The notes below the pieces were generated by a model. That model had not been told where the DNA came from and ran no database searches. It saw only the letters and a program-made list of their open reading frames with translations. The translations under genes were made by a program, and so were the position numbers. 59,854 bases of DNA from a virus (Duplodnaviria > Caudoviricetes). Of the stretch, positions 37,701 through 45,478 are shown one piece after another (position 1 is the first letter of the stretch; every line of letters begins with the position of its first letter). The stretch is taken from positions 1-59,854 of the IMG/VR virus record IMGVR_UViG_3300005512_000033; one strand, 5' to 3'.

Positions 37701-38939
37701 TTCTATCTTATCGATAAGTTTGTTAGTAGGTTGTTTTTCTTCTACTTCAGCACCTAGCACCTCTTGTGTTTCTTCATCAGTTACTTCTGTTGTAGGTTTA
37801 GGCGTTCTAATACCACCAATAGTAGCAGGTATGATAGGCATAAAGAATCCACCTGCAGCAGCATCTATATATTCTTGTAAAGCTTGTCTATCTGCTAACG
37901 GTAAATCTGCTCCATACCTTTCTATCATAGTTTGTACAACTTCTACTGGTGCTTCTTGTAAACCTGTAATACCAATATTTCTAGCTATATTTAGTAGCAT
38001 ACTTCGTGTAGGAGCAGCTAATCCTTCTAATGCACCAAGACCGATTTTAATACCTAGATAGTCTGCTAATGCATGAGCAGCACTTAAACCCGCTAGTTTA
38101 CTTGTACTTAATTCTTGTATTTTTTCTATTTTTTCTTGAGGGTCATCTATACCTGCAATAGCTTCATCTACTGCACGAGATGTTACTTCACCTGTACCGT
38201 ATCTTCCAGCTAACTGAGCATACCCTAATCTTCTACCTATTTCTTTGTTAACTGTTTTTTGAGCTGTTTCTGTAGCCATGAATTTTTTAATTTCTTTTTC
38301 TACAAATTTATCAGCTGCTTCTTGTCCAGATTCTTTTGCTATTTTTTCGGCTGCTTCTTTAACGCCTTTTTTAACTAGATTTTTTGCAACTAGACCAGAT
38401 ATACCGCCTGATACTGTACCAGCTCCAGGCACAGCGCTTCCTACCATAGCGCCAACTACACCTGACAACAAAGCTTCACTAATCATACCTACACCTTGAC
38501 CAGCTACATACGGTATATAGTCAGTTAATACAGTACCTAAACCTTTGTTGAGTGCGGCAGTAAATGAGTCTGTTTCTTTAGATAGTGGAATTTGTTCTTT
38601 TTGTGCGCGGTCCATTCGGTCAAGACCGGACTGTATCATGTCTGCTGAACCAAATGCCTTACCTGTTAATACCTGAGCACCGCCAATTAATTCTTTTTGT
38701 TGTGGAATATAAGACTTAATACCTCTAATAAAATCACTAGAGTCATCATCTGCTGGAAGTGGTTGAGGTTCTTGTCCTGTTATAGGTTGTTCAGGTTGTC
38801 CGCCAGGTATAAATTTACTGACAAACTCATCCATACTTAACTTATCAGAATAATGAGTATCATAGAGTCTTTGAGTCAGATCGGCATCTGACAAATTGTT
38901 GTACATCGGGTACTGTTTTCTAAACTCGTTAATATCCAT
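31761..38939 (-). CDS. Giant internal virion/ejection protein (zincin domain; LPD38-like C-terminus)
   Basis: 2392 aa, last late gene, VVHEVMH...EFVAE zincin motif, C-terminal NP.F...NF.RD, FF.PA and N..FG..I motifs. Confidence 0.75.
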   Translation of the reverse strand: MDINEFRKQYPMYNNLSDADLTQRLYDTHYSDKLSMDEFVSKFIPGGQPEQPITGQEPQPLPADDDSSDFIRGIKSYIPQQKELIGGAQVLTGKAFGSADMIQSGLDRMDRAQKEQIPLSKETDSFTAALNKGLGTVLTDYIPYVAGQGVGMISEALLSGVVGAMVGSAVPGAGTVSGGISGLVAKNLVKKGVKEAAEKIAKESGQEAADKFVEKEIKKFMATETAQKTVNKEIGRRLGYAQLAGRYGTGEVTSRAVDEAIAGIDDPQEKIEKIQELSTSKLAGLSAAHALADYLGIKIGLGALEGLAAPTRSMLLNIARNIGITGLQEAPVEVVQTMIERYGADLPLADRQALQEYIDAAAGGFFMPIIPATIGGIRTPKPTTEVTDEETQEVLGAEVEEKQPTNKLIDKIEIKRKKDREQQEVTASEAADDIINSQESINEPETTQQEDIQAQQDLFDSQQQIIQTQQETEAEQLDMFPPQMDLFEGEEDAGIDRRTDLRGDEVPGEPTPSITEEPGAPERPSVVSSGGAFDTASGRTITNNTTLKRNDVLNFTDEELRKSAKLFVNNPDNLSIIAREQAKRRNTREKQKTDSVDRNQKIDNLLNNIPSKREPTDAELAEYEERRKDSPNYTLEQYIAEQDFLKAQKDNPGLTFGKFLQDYSSPTPPVITRRTEYDQYGNPIQFESTDPEANLKVTENAIIKTTPNSVFDSNLKPKVTKYQTDNNLQETHIIKENVDAEGNVESFSLVPRDTLDNTSVESVAKYFARNYINTKEAWNKREDAKPKASEVRSFLEKNLSKEQFQEINKRKEYSTIADAAYKLMYKKTSGIAGIREERVRREQKYNDIAREQGGIQPLNALFTETFEKTGAIEEDVPAPYERSRDFAEQRAEAIKDWAFEAANDEYGLKDKNAIDKQIQKLAKERGYEEGEFSINDPLDFIDQEEYNTIVNEAPNVKSKIELDKFNDKKKIRDEFAKTFNAREKAVADRMKNTYDGMARIINKSGNATKVIGQKTLNERKEKAQLKRIEKEQEAAKQRKRGAGMNYTTPLTPAQLQALENKNTTDSNNDVMEAIKSGKSIAEILKVIAGKATAKLNSTQTVANMLAKVISKIPGYNTKIKLGVVRGDRFAHFDPRTNTIVINKKVEFSDSSGRVESLGRIVVHEVMHSMMDHIIDNRSVLPLSLQKELDTLEKQYEYVSQTLNPVTLELFGIDSFKEFVAEMFSSEEVQKLVGTLGRSKKERESDIFKKTYGDGKVSGFLKDMANFILKTIRTLGGFTPGITAATTLQSIENIITSKEYVPASETLQGKGISFAPKKAKDIVDSTPTQIREENRKGAKDIEYRSWFNRSYNTVKGILFGNEKVRTNLIRLFQNDRIAIKNIQDFADNAGVLIRGGKYFNNIFDQITTSLGRADVLLKTYTKEPIDRFVTLFTEYLNYVKQSQSEAVGDLQSWLTAFHEAERRHVKFIKFVPLSTKQNIKLASGEMVSAAALREKIFKILTTKTNLSDAEIQTLRDTLETLASKYKDSNGLSFEGAKYKSIDENDLEYSVVGKGGGKGPLTVAEREALIDEYNNLPARQRQIIEKMRIALKDIQAASIELNRMSNYLPQQGLNIIKLYGWENYIPLKGKTETKDDFDESLNLQGKRLSGDLRRLENTFEGGQQDATDPFVQILVDATIAGARAGRRKLTQAIKNAVLTQVDYVDKDGKKVKQKLLDGKIVATFSYEDRYTGKIKDEEALNKRNRILHYNPDGSIDIIEIKDVAALEAIRRTYRDSHPLLDLANGITGALGQLHTRFNPAFPVLNFVRDALTNAYNIAADVGAKESFEYLTLIAEQVTKGGLKDTSTIAYLFVDGNTKAIDKYVKDQAKKGNTYPQDVMEYLNEGGNIAYVQGLSVAGMMNNLGKKLNKNAIIDTKEDITQFFDGLMLTFELASRIAAYRTAKQDFIAQNKNKYGKAQLEEAAREYATGYAKRMANFEETGEYGRAMGAWFMFFRPAATGAVRALESIGPALRRWKNVEAQLPEYIKNDPQRLATYKAKFEKRQQAAQTVMASAIGMGMAVYALAAALSGDDDDGKNKTFGDDLRRWTRFARFAIPGTDMVIQIPWGFGNGGLAAIGAQLMGLGLGRENSGKEVMGNLIEITMDSYLPLPVSRINPFGGDIRNTAAFLIDSFAPSVSRPVLEYALNMNAFGQQIYNSRKSRVGDAYTGGDNIPDMYKDAAIYLSEITEGAIDWSPNVMFFFANNYADGITRIAQNTYGLGLTIAGQKDFDPKRDLQVFDSFISNVSKPDQRAFTRIKNIVDRKEARLNALKNNPVGLASYLDKNPSDPMIVDRYKEIETKEINPTRDYVNEIRRMPGLTPKQRKELLDFRKLELDAYIKGLISEIDVMLQIAED

Positions 38940-38955
38940 TTTATTTAGTTTTTAA

Positions 38956-40524
38956 TTAAAACTTAGGGCCAGATAATATGCCTGCTGGGTCTTGAGGATT
39001 ATATTGCGGCATTACAGGATTTCTATTTGTAGTAACCGTACTTCTATCTGATGAACTTTGAATCACTCCTCGACCTTCGTAGGCTTTAATTAATTCTCTA
39101 CGTTTAGCATCATAAAGAGCTTTTAGTTCATCTAGTCTAATTTTTTGATTAGCATTCAAACCATCTTTAGTTCCAGCTATAGTTTCAAGTTGCCTTATTT
39201 GATTATAAATACCCTTGTTATCTTCTTTTAATCTGTCTTCTATTTTTTCAAATATAGATAAGTTTTGGTTCGTAGCTTTTAAACCAAAGTCTATGTAAGA
39301 CCTATAAGCACTTGCACTGATTCCTGCTTTCTTAAGCTCATTAGCCATCTTATCATACTCAATTTGAGTTTTAACAGCTTCAAGCCCAACTTTTTGATTA
39401 TTAATTCTTGCTCGTTCCTCTGAATCAACACCAAATTTAAATCCTGCATCTTCTTCTGCTCTATTTAGTTTTTGCAGTTCTAATGCATATCTTTCATCAT
39501 CTTTAATCATATCAAAGTACTCTTTGTTGCCTTGAGATAATCTGTCAATTGATCTGGTTAAGTCTATTGCTTGACCTGGTATTTGTTGACCTACAGCATT
39601 ACCTAAGTTCATTAAGAACTCACCAACTACAAAGTCTTTCTTCCTAGCTTGTGCTTTTTCAGAGCGTGACGCTTCTTTTTCTATAGCTTCACCAAACGGA
39701 GATGGACCTAATGCTTCTTCACGTTCTCTTTCCATTCTTGCTCTATATTCAGCAGGATCGTCCATTCTCATTTCATCAAAGTTTTTATCAAATCTAAATC
39801 TATCAACATCTAAGTCAGTGTCTTTATCTAGTCCACCTAACATTTTATCTTGAGCAGCTTCTTTATCTATTTTTTGCTGTTCTTCTATTATATCCGGTAA
39901 AAACTCTGGGAACTGAGTTCTCATTTTTTCTTTAATCATAGCTTGTTCAGCAGTAGGTTTAGTATGAAGTGTTAAATCTTTTTTATTTTCTTCTTCAAGT
40001 TTCTTAAGTATTTCTTGTTTTTTTATTTCACTCATTATGTCTGAAGCTTTTGCCTCACCAAGAAAACCTCTTTCAAACGGACCTCTAACAACATAATCAC
40101 CTTCAGCATAACCAACTACGCCCCCTTCTTTAAAGTCTGCTACATAACCACCTGCTTTTGCAAGTGCAGGTAAACCTGGCATAGCTGCTCTATCTGCAGC
40201 TGCCATTTCAGTTGGCTGAGGTACATTAGTCATATCAGGTCTTTGTGCGCCTAGATTATCAATACCACCTGTCATCATATTTTGAGCATTAGCTTGTTGC
40301 ATCAATGCTTGGTCTTTTACTGTAGGCATAGGACCCGCTGCTTGAGCTTCCATTTGTTGTTTTTGTTTATTTTCTACTTGACGACGTTCTACTTCACCTA
40401 ACACTAATATACTAGGGATAGTGCCTGGATCTTGTAGATAATTAAGTAACTTTTCATTGCTAGTTATATAGTTACCGTTTGCATCTCTAGCTCTTAAATG
40501 ACTTGCAAATCTTTCTTCTAACAT
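38956..40524 (-). CDS. Putative ejection protein
   Basis: 522 aa, helical, xxGGxV motifs, adjacent to the giant virion protein. Confidence 0.6.
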   Translation of the reverse strand: MLEERFASHLRARDANGNYITSNEKLLNYLQDPGTIPSILVLGEVERRQVENKQKQQMEAQAAGPMPTVKDQALMQQANAQNMMTGGIDNLGAQRPDMTNVPQPTEMAAADRAAMPGLPALAKAGGYVADFKEGGVVGYAEGDYVVRGPFERGFLGEAKASDIMSEIKKQEILKKLEEENKKDLTLHTKPTAEQAMIKEKMRTQFPEFLPDIIEEQQKIDKEAAQDKMLGGLDKDTDLDVDRFRFDKNFDEMRMDDPAEYRARMEREREEALGPSPFGEAIEKEASRSEKAQARKKDFVVGEFLMNLGNAVGQQIPGQAIDLTRSIDRLSQGNKEYFDMIKDDERYALELQKLNRAEEDAGFKFGVDSEERARINNQKVGLEAVKTQIEYDKMANELKKAGISASAYRSYIDFGLKATNQNLSIFEKIEDRLKEDNKGIYNQIRQLETIAGTKDGLNANQKIRLDELKALYDAKRRELIKAYEGRGVIQSSSDRSTVTTNRNPVMPQYNPQDPAGILSGPKF

Positions 40525-40528
40525 AATC

Positions 40529-41701
40529 TTAACCCTTACCTAGAATGTTATATAAACCTAGACCTGCTAGACCTAGACCACCTAGTTGTGATGCTAACGT
40601 TGGTGCTGGAGCGTAAGCCACTTGAGTAGAACCAAGAGCACCTGCAGTACCTCGTAGAATATTTGATTGATACTCCAACAGACCTCTTTGAAAATCTTGT
40701 TCTTCTCTAAACTGTTGGTATGCCAAGTTATCAATCTCTTGTTGTAATGCTTGTTTCTCTGCGCCTGATGCTGCTTGTGCCTTCAATCGTTCTAGATTTG
40801 CCATTTGCTCTGTAGCACCTAACTGCCCTGTTGCTTTTGCAGTCTCTAGCCCTGTACCTAATCCAGCTAGACCGACATCTTTGCCAAGACCTGCACCAAA
40901 CTGTTGAGCTTGTTGTCCTAGTTGAGCCGCTTGCATTTGAGCCGCTTGGTTAGCTTGTGCTGCTTGTAATTGCCTTGCTTGGTCCGCTTGGAATGTTTGT
41001 TGAGCTTGTTGGAAAGCTCTTGAACCACCTTCAGCTTGTATTTTATTTAGTAAGTCTTGAGTAGCACGATCACGCTCTGCTGTCATTAAAGCTTCACGAC
41101 CACCACCAAATGTACCTCGTCCAATAGAACCCATCGCAGCTTGTGATTTTTGAATGTCTGCTAATCTTTGAGCTTCACGTTTTTGTACATCAACAACAGC
41201 TTGTGTATATGGGTCCATATAACTTTGAGCAATACCAGGCTGAGTAAATTGACCAGTTTGTATTTGTTGTGGAGTAATTGTACCTGGTTGGTAAGCTAGT
41301 GCTCGAGTTAAACCTTGTTGAGCTGCTGTACCTGCTTGTTGACCTACCGTACCTAATGTACCTGCTGCAGTTTGAAACTGACCTGGTGTAGTCATACCAG
41401 CTACTTCTGTTTGTACCGCCTGTTGTTCTGCACTAAATGGAGCTACACGTTGTCCTGTATATGGTTGAAATTGCTTGACACCAGTTACTGCTCCTGAAGA
41501 ATCAGTCTCATAAATTTGTTTACCAGATTGTTTTAGTAACTCTTCGTAGAATGGTTGTGCGTATTCAGGTAGATTAGTAGTCACCGATTTAGTAGTTTGT
41601 TGACCACCACCACCACCGCCGCCTTTACCTCCACCATAGAACGTAAAGAAGTCTTGGTCTAGACCAAAAACAATTTTAAAAACTTTTAGTAAAGAAATCA
41701 T
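40529..41701 (-). CDS. Putative DNA injection/pilot protein
   Basis: GGGKGGG N-terminus, Y.GQRVA.F, YMDPY, FGG.R, Q/A/G-rich, C-terminal GxxxG helix. Confidence 0.7.
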   Translation of the reverse strand: MISLLKVFKIVFGLDQDFFTFYGGGKGGGGGGGQQTTKSVTTNLPEYAQPFYEELLKQSGKQIYETDSSGAVTGVKQFQPYTGQRVAPFSAEQQAVQTEVAGMTTPGQFQTAAGTLGTVGQQAGTAAQQGLTRALAYQPGTITPQQIQTGQFTQPGIAQSYMDPYTQAVVDVQKREAQRLADIQKSQAAMGSIGRGTFGGGREALMTAERDRATQDLLNKIQAEGGSRAFQQAQQTFQADQARQLQAAQANQAAQMQAAQLGQQAQQFGAGLGKDVGLAGLGTGLETAKATGQLGATEQMANLERLKAQAASGAEKQALQQEIDNLAYQQFREEQDFQRGLLEYQSNILRGTAGALGSTQVAYAPAPTLASQLGGLGLAGLGLYNILGKG

Positions 41702-41707
41702 GTTAAC

Positions 41708-42127
41708 CTACTCCACAGGTAATTCATAAAATATGAATTGTTTTTTATATCCATCTTGTTTAAATATTTTTTCCCATCCTGGTCGACCATATGACTCTAT
41801 TATCTCACAGTCATTATCCCTTGCAAACTTTTGCAATATTTCCAGCATAGGTTGTTTCCATTTAAGAAGCTTTCTGCCTCCTGTAAAATGCATAATTAGT
41901 GTTTTTATCTGTGGATACTGCCATAACTCAGTTACTACAGCTCCATAAAACCCATCACTATCAAATGCAATCCATAACTGTTGCGAGTCTTGTTTTTCTA
42001 ATAGATCTTTTTTTATATTATCTACAGTAAATCGACCGTATGTATAATCAGCTGCTCCCTTCATATAACTTTCTATCTTAGGCCATATCATTTCAATATG
42101 TTCGTGTGGTACAAAAGTTACTTGCAT
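41708..42127 (-). CDS. Conserved acetyltransferase-fold-like virion-module protein
   Basis: QLW...GA.VT....YP...L.....GG....W...FA....C..IE..GR.GW. Confidence 0.6.
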   Translation of the reverse strand: MQVTFVPHEHIEMIWPKIESYMKGAADYTYGRFTVDNIKKDLLEKQDSQQLWIAFDSDGFYGAVVTELWQYPQIKTLIMHFTGGRKLLKWKQPMLEILQKFARDNDCEIIESYGRPGWEKIFKQDGYKKQFIFYELPVE

Positions 42128-42825
42128 CTATAAAACCTTTCTTCCCACTTCTTATGCCTAAAATAAGCACTGACTATGTATGGTGTACATAATGAAATCC
42201 ATCTGCACAGCCAATTAAAAAACTTCCAGGGTTGTGGCAGGGGTCTCATAATATCTAAAAACAATATGGCTCTTGGACTATCTGTATTATTTATTGCCAT
42301 ATGGTCAAAGGTATCATCAAACAACACCAACTCACCCTCTTTCCAGTGGTAGGGTTCTTGCTCTACCAACAATGTACAGTCATTGTTTCCTGGAACTACT
42401 GCACCTAAATGCATTCTTAATATTCCTGACCACGGACCTTTATGTGGGTTTAAATAACTTTTTGGTCCTAATACTGATATATAAGCTGATTGTATGTCTT
42501 TATATTTACTCAGTATTTCTGTTATTTTAGGGGCAAACCTTTCATTGCGTTTGAACCTAATTCCCATAGCTTTGAAGAAAAACATTCTCCAGCCGTCATC
42601 CTTTGGGATATATGCTTGGTTTGGTGATACATCTTGAAACACGACCAAGTTATTATAGCTCTTTAATATATCCTTTATTTCTTCTTGAACCTCTTCAAAG
42701 TTATCCTTAAGCTCTTTAGCTACTGGAAAAACAAAGGGGTCAAAAAACTTTTTGTCACCTAAAAGCGAATGCTTATGAAACGCTTTTCCAAATACTCGTT
42801 CACCGAGTAACTTTTTAACTTGCAT
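42118..42825 (-). CDS. Aspartyl/asparaginyl beta-hydroxylase family (LpxO-like) Fe/2OG dioxygenase
   Basis: PHKGP...LRMHLG...W.EGE.VLFDDTF.H.A.N.....R.ILF.D..RP. Confidence 0.88.
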   Translation of the reverse strand: MQVKKLLGERVFGKAFHKHSLLGDKKFFDPFVFPVAKELKDNFEEVQEEIKDILKSYNNLVVFQDVSPNQAYIPKDDGWRMFFFKAMGIRFKRNERFAPKITEILSKYKDIQSAYISVLGPKSYLNPHKGPWSGILRMHLGAVVPGNNDCTLLVEQEPYHWKEGELVLFDDTFDHMAINNTDSPRAILFLDIMRPLPQPWKFFNWLCRWISLCTPYIVSAYFRHKKWEERFYRCK

Positions 42826-44759
42826 TAAGCAGGTAGAAACCTTTCTGCGTTTGTATCTTTCGCGTATTGTTTGTCATCACCCATAGTCTGCTTTCTTGCA
42901 GCTTGGATTCTATCTATCATTTCATATAACTTTTGTGCTCCAGCATCTGATGAACCATTACCCAATTCAGATACGATTCTTGCCGGTACTATAAATTCAC
43001 CGTCTGATAACGCAGCTTCTTGTTCACCTTCTATCATAGCAGGAATATCATCGCTTACGCCATCGCCTTCACCATTTAACATTTTACCATCATCTGGTGT
43101 TTCTTGAGCTAACTGAGCTATACCACCTTCGTTCATACCAGCATTTGCTGCTTGTGCTTTGATGGCTCCAATATTAATACCTGCTGGAACACCTTGTTCT
43201 TCCATTTGTTTTTTAGCTAAAACCATTTCCATAGCCCCTACTGGAGGAGGAGTTGCTACTTTTGCTGTATTTGTTTCAGCAGTTGTTTGACCACCTTGTT
43301 GGTATTTAATTGCCCCACCTTTTTTTAATCCACCTAAACCTTGTTGGTTTAAATCAGATTGTTGTGTGTCTGCATATCCTTGTGCAAGATTTAATGCTGT
43401 AGCTGGAGTTATACTCATACCTGCCTGAGCGCCTTTGTTAATAGCCTCCATATCTTCACCACTATCTTCTTCTTGTTTTTCAGGCGTGTATCCAGGTTCT
43501 TTAAATTTATATGTATCATAATAGTCTGTTTTAGACATTAAACCTTCACCAGGTTTATCACTTATTTTTACAAAGTTACCTCCTACATCAACCTTACCAT
43601 ACTCTGGTGGAGGTCCTGCTGAGATTGGATTAAATGGATGACCTGGAGGATAAGGACTTGTTGATCCGCCTAGCTGAAACTTTCTAACTTCGCCACCTTG
43701 TGCTAATAAACGAAGTCCTGTGTCCATACCTAAATTAAGACGTCTTGTAGGGTCATACATCCCTGCCGTTGAAGATTCGTATGTAGGTAAGTTTTTATAT
43801 AATGATTTTTGATATGCTTCGTAGCCTGCGCCAGCAATTGGTAATGCTGTTTTTATACCACCTATAAATTTATCGCCATCACCTGCATAACTTAAATAAT
43901 CTCCAATACCTTCTTGGCTTAGTCTATCAAATGCTTTCCCATAGTTTTCGCTTGATTGTTTAGCTGTAGTTCCTAGTGTATCTGTAATAGACTGTATACC
44001 TGACTTAATATTATCTGTAGCGTTAGTTAAAAAACCTTGTGGTTCTACGGCTGTTGTAGGTATATTATTTTGTAATGGTGGTAAAACTCTACCAGAATCA
44101 AACGTTGTACCTCTTGTTAAATCAGGACCCATTGTAGTATCAGTAGGTTTAAACCCAAATGTATTTTGATTAAATACAGGTCTAGGTGCATTTGCTACAT
44201 TTCCTACATTACCTACAGGATTTACCTGATTCATGTTAGGTCCTATTGCTGTATTAGTTGGTTGGTAAACTCTAGTCATGTCTGTACCAGCTTCTAAACC
44301 TTTAGATGTTACTTGATTTAAAGCTGCGTCATCAGCTACATCAGCTGCTGTGCCTGCTAATTCAGCACCTTGTGTACCATATCCTTGAATAGTTTTTCCT
44401 AAACTAGCTCCTCCAAGACCTCCAAGACCTCCCATAACTAAGCTTCCTAAGTCGGTATCTCCTTGAATGGCTTTAGTTGTAGCACCAGCTATAAACGGTG
44501 TAGCATATTTAGCCATAAACCCACTACCAGGAACAAAGTAATTAGCTGCAGCACCAGCTGCCATTGGTAGTAAAGAACCTATGAAGTCACCTAAGAACGC
44601 TTCTGGCATTCCTGTTTTAGGGTTGATTGTAATGTCGCCGCCGTTAGCTCTTGATATAGCCGTGAGTTGTTCTACCTCGTCAGGACGCATATGCATCAAC
44701 GTAGTATCACCATAACGACCTAAAGAGGCTATGCCTTGTGCTTGTTTTTTGCTATCCAT
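42825..44759 (-). CDS. Putative internal virion/DNA transfer protein
   Basis: GRYGDT.L.H..P.E and TINP.TG.PEA N-terminus, G.GDG.SDDIPA...LSDGEF..PA C-terminus. Confidence 0.7.
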   Translation of the reverse strand: MDSKKQAQGIASLGRYGDTTLMHMRPDEVEQLTAISRANGGDITINPKTGMPEAFLGDFIGSLLPMAAGAAANYFVPGSGFMAKYATPFIAGATTKAIQGDTDLGSLVMGGLGGLGGASLGKTIQGYGTQGAELAGTAADVADDAALNQVTSKGLEAGTDMTRVYQPTNTAIGPNMNQVNPVGNVGNVANAPRPVFNQNTFGFKPTDTTMGPDLTRGTTFDSGRVLPPLQNNIPTTAVEPQGFLTNATDNIKSGIQSITDTLGTTAKQSSENYGKAFDRLSQEGIGDYLSYAGDGDKFIGGIKTALPIAGAGYEAYQKSLYKNLPTYESSTAGMYDPTRRLNLGMDTGLRLLAQGGEVRKFQLGGSTSPYPPGHPFNPISAGPPPEYGKVDVGGNFVKISDKPGEGLMSKTDYYDTYKFKEPGYTPEKQEEDSGEDMEAINKGAQAGMSITPATALNLAQGYADTQQSDLNQQGLGGLKKGGAIKYQQGGQTTAETNTAKVATPPPVGAMEMVLAKKQMEEQGVPAGINIGAIKAQAANAGMNEGGIAQLAQETPDDGKMLNGEGDGVSDDIPAMIEGEQEAALSDGEFIVPARIVSELGNGSSDAGAQKLYEMIDRIQAARKQTMGDDKQYAKDTNAERFLPA

Positions 44760-44815
44760 AAAATTAACCTGTTAATAAGTTGTATAATACCATTAAATGT
44801 GCTACGTATAAACCT

Positions 44816-45478
44816 TTATTCACGTCCAATATACTGTATAACCCCATAAGATGAAGGTATCTCTGGGTGAGCATAAGGGCTTGTTTGTGCTGCTGTTGCT
44901 TCTAAATAGATGCCATCTTGTACACCTGATTCGTAAGCTTGTTCAGTTGCCCAATACAAAGCAAATTTATCATTTTCTAACGACTCCCATGATACAAAAC
45001 TTGCTAATATAGTAAAAGAATATACCCCTGCACTTTTTCTAGCAGGGAGAGTGTATTTAGTTGCAGAATCAGGAACATCTTCTCCGTTAACTTGTAACCA
45101 AACTACTGCGTCTAGAGCTACGTTTGCTGTGTTTACTGCTTGTAATCTATACTCAATTTTGTAAGTGCCATCAAACAAAGCATTAGCCGTACCATCTGTA
45201 TTAAATGTAAATCCTACATTATCTGCTACATTATTAAAAGCAACCAGTGTAGGAGTGTCATCTCCACCAGCTATCTGATCTGCATCTGAATAAGCCACGA
45301 TGTGAGGAAAACTAATTGAAGCTCCTCCAGCTGTATCAGCTATGGTGTTTATATTACCATTTAATCTATTAAAGTATAGACGTAGTTCATTATTAAGTTG
45401 TTCTTCTCGACTTTTAGAGTACTCGTTTGGTGCGACAATTAAGTTAGGCGTAGCAACAGGAATTATCTTTCTAGCCAT
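44816..45478 (-). CDS. Tail-associated protein
   Basis: PNL..AP.EY...LRLYFN N-terminus, beta-rich C-terminus, coupled to the upstream tail gene. Confidence 0.6.
   Translation of the reverse strand: MARKIIPVATPNLIVAPNEYSKSREEQLNNELRLYFNRLNGNINTIADTAGGASISFPHIVAYSDADQIAGGDDTPTLVAFNNVADNVGFTFNTDGTANALFDGTYKIEYRLQAVNTANVALDAVVWLQVNGEDVPDSATKYTLPARKSAGVYSFTILASFVSWESLENDKFALYWATEQAYESGVQDGIYLEATAAQTSPYAHPEIPSSYGVIQYIGRE

Noticed and set aside
34366-38499. Plus-strand ORFs antisense to the giant gene (and similar shadow or alternate-frame ORFs elsewhere, e.g. 6274-6744, 49095-49613, 52698-53090)
   Set aside because: Fully nested in strong genes, Ser/Phe/Leu- or Arg-rich composition typical of shadow frames, no RBS.
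31761-38939. Tape measure protein
   Set aside because: No major tail tube or tail-chaperone frameshift genes recognised. The neighbours are podovirus-type ejection and nozzle genes.
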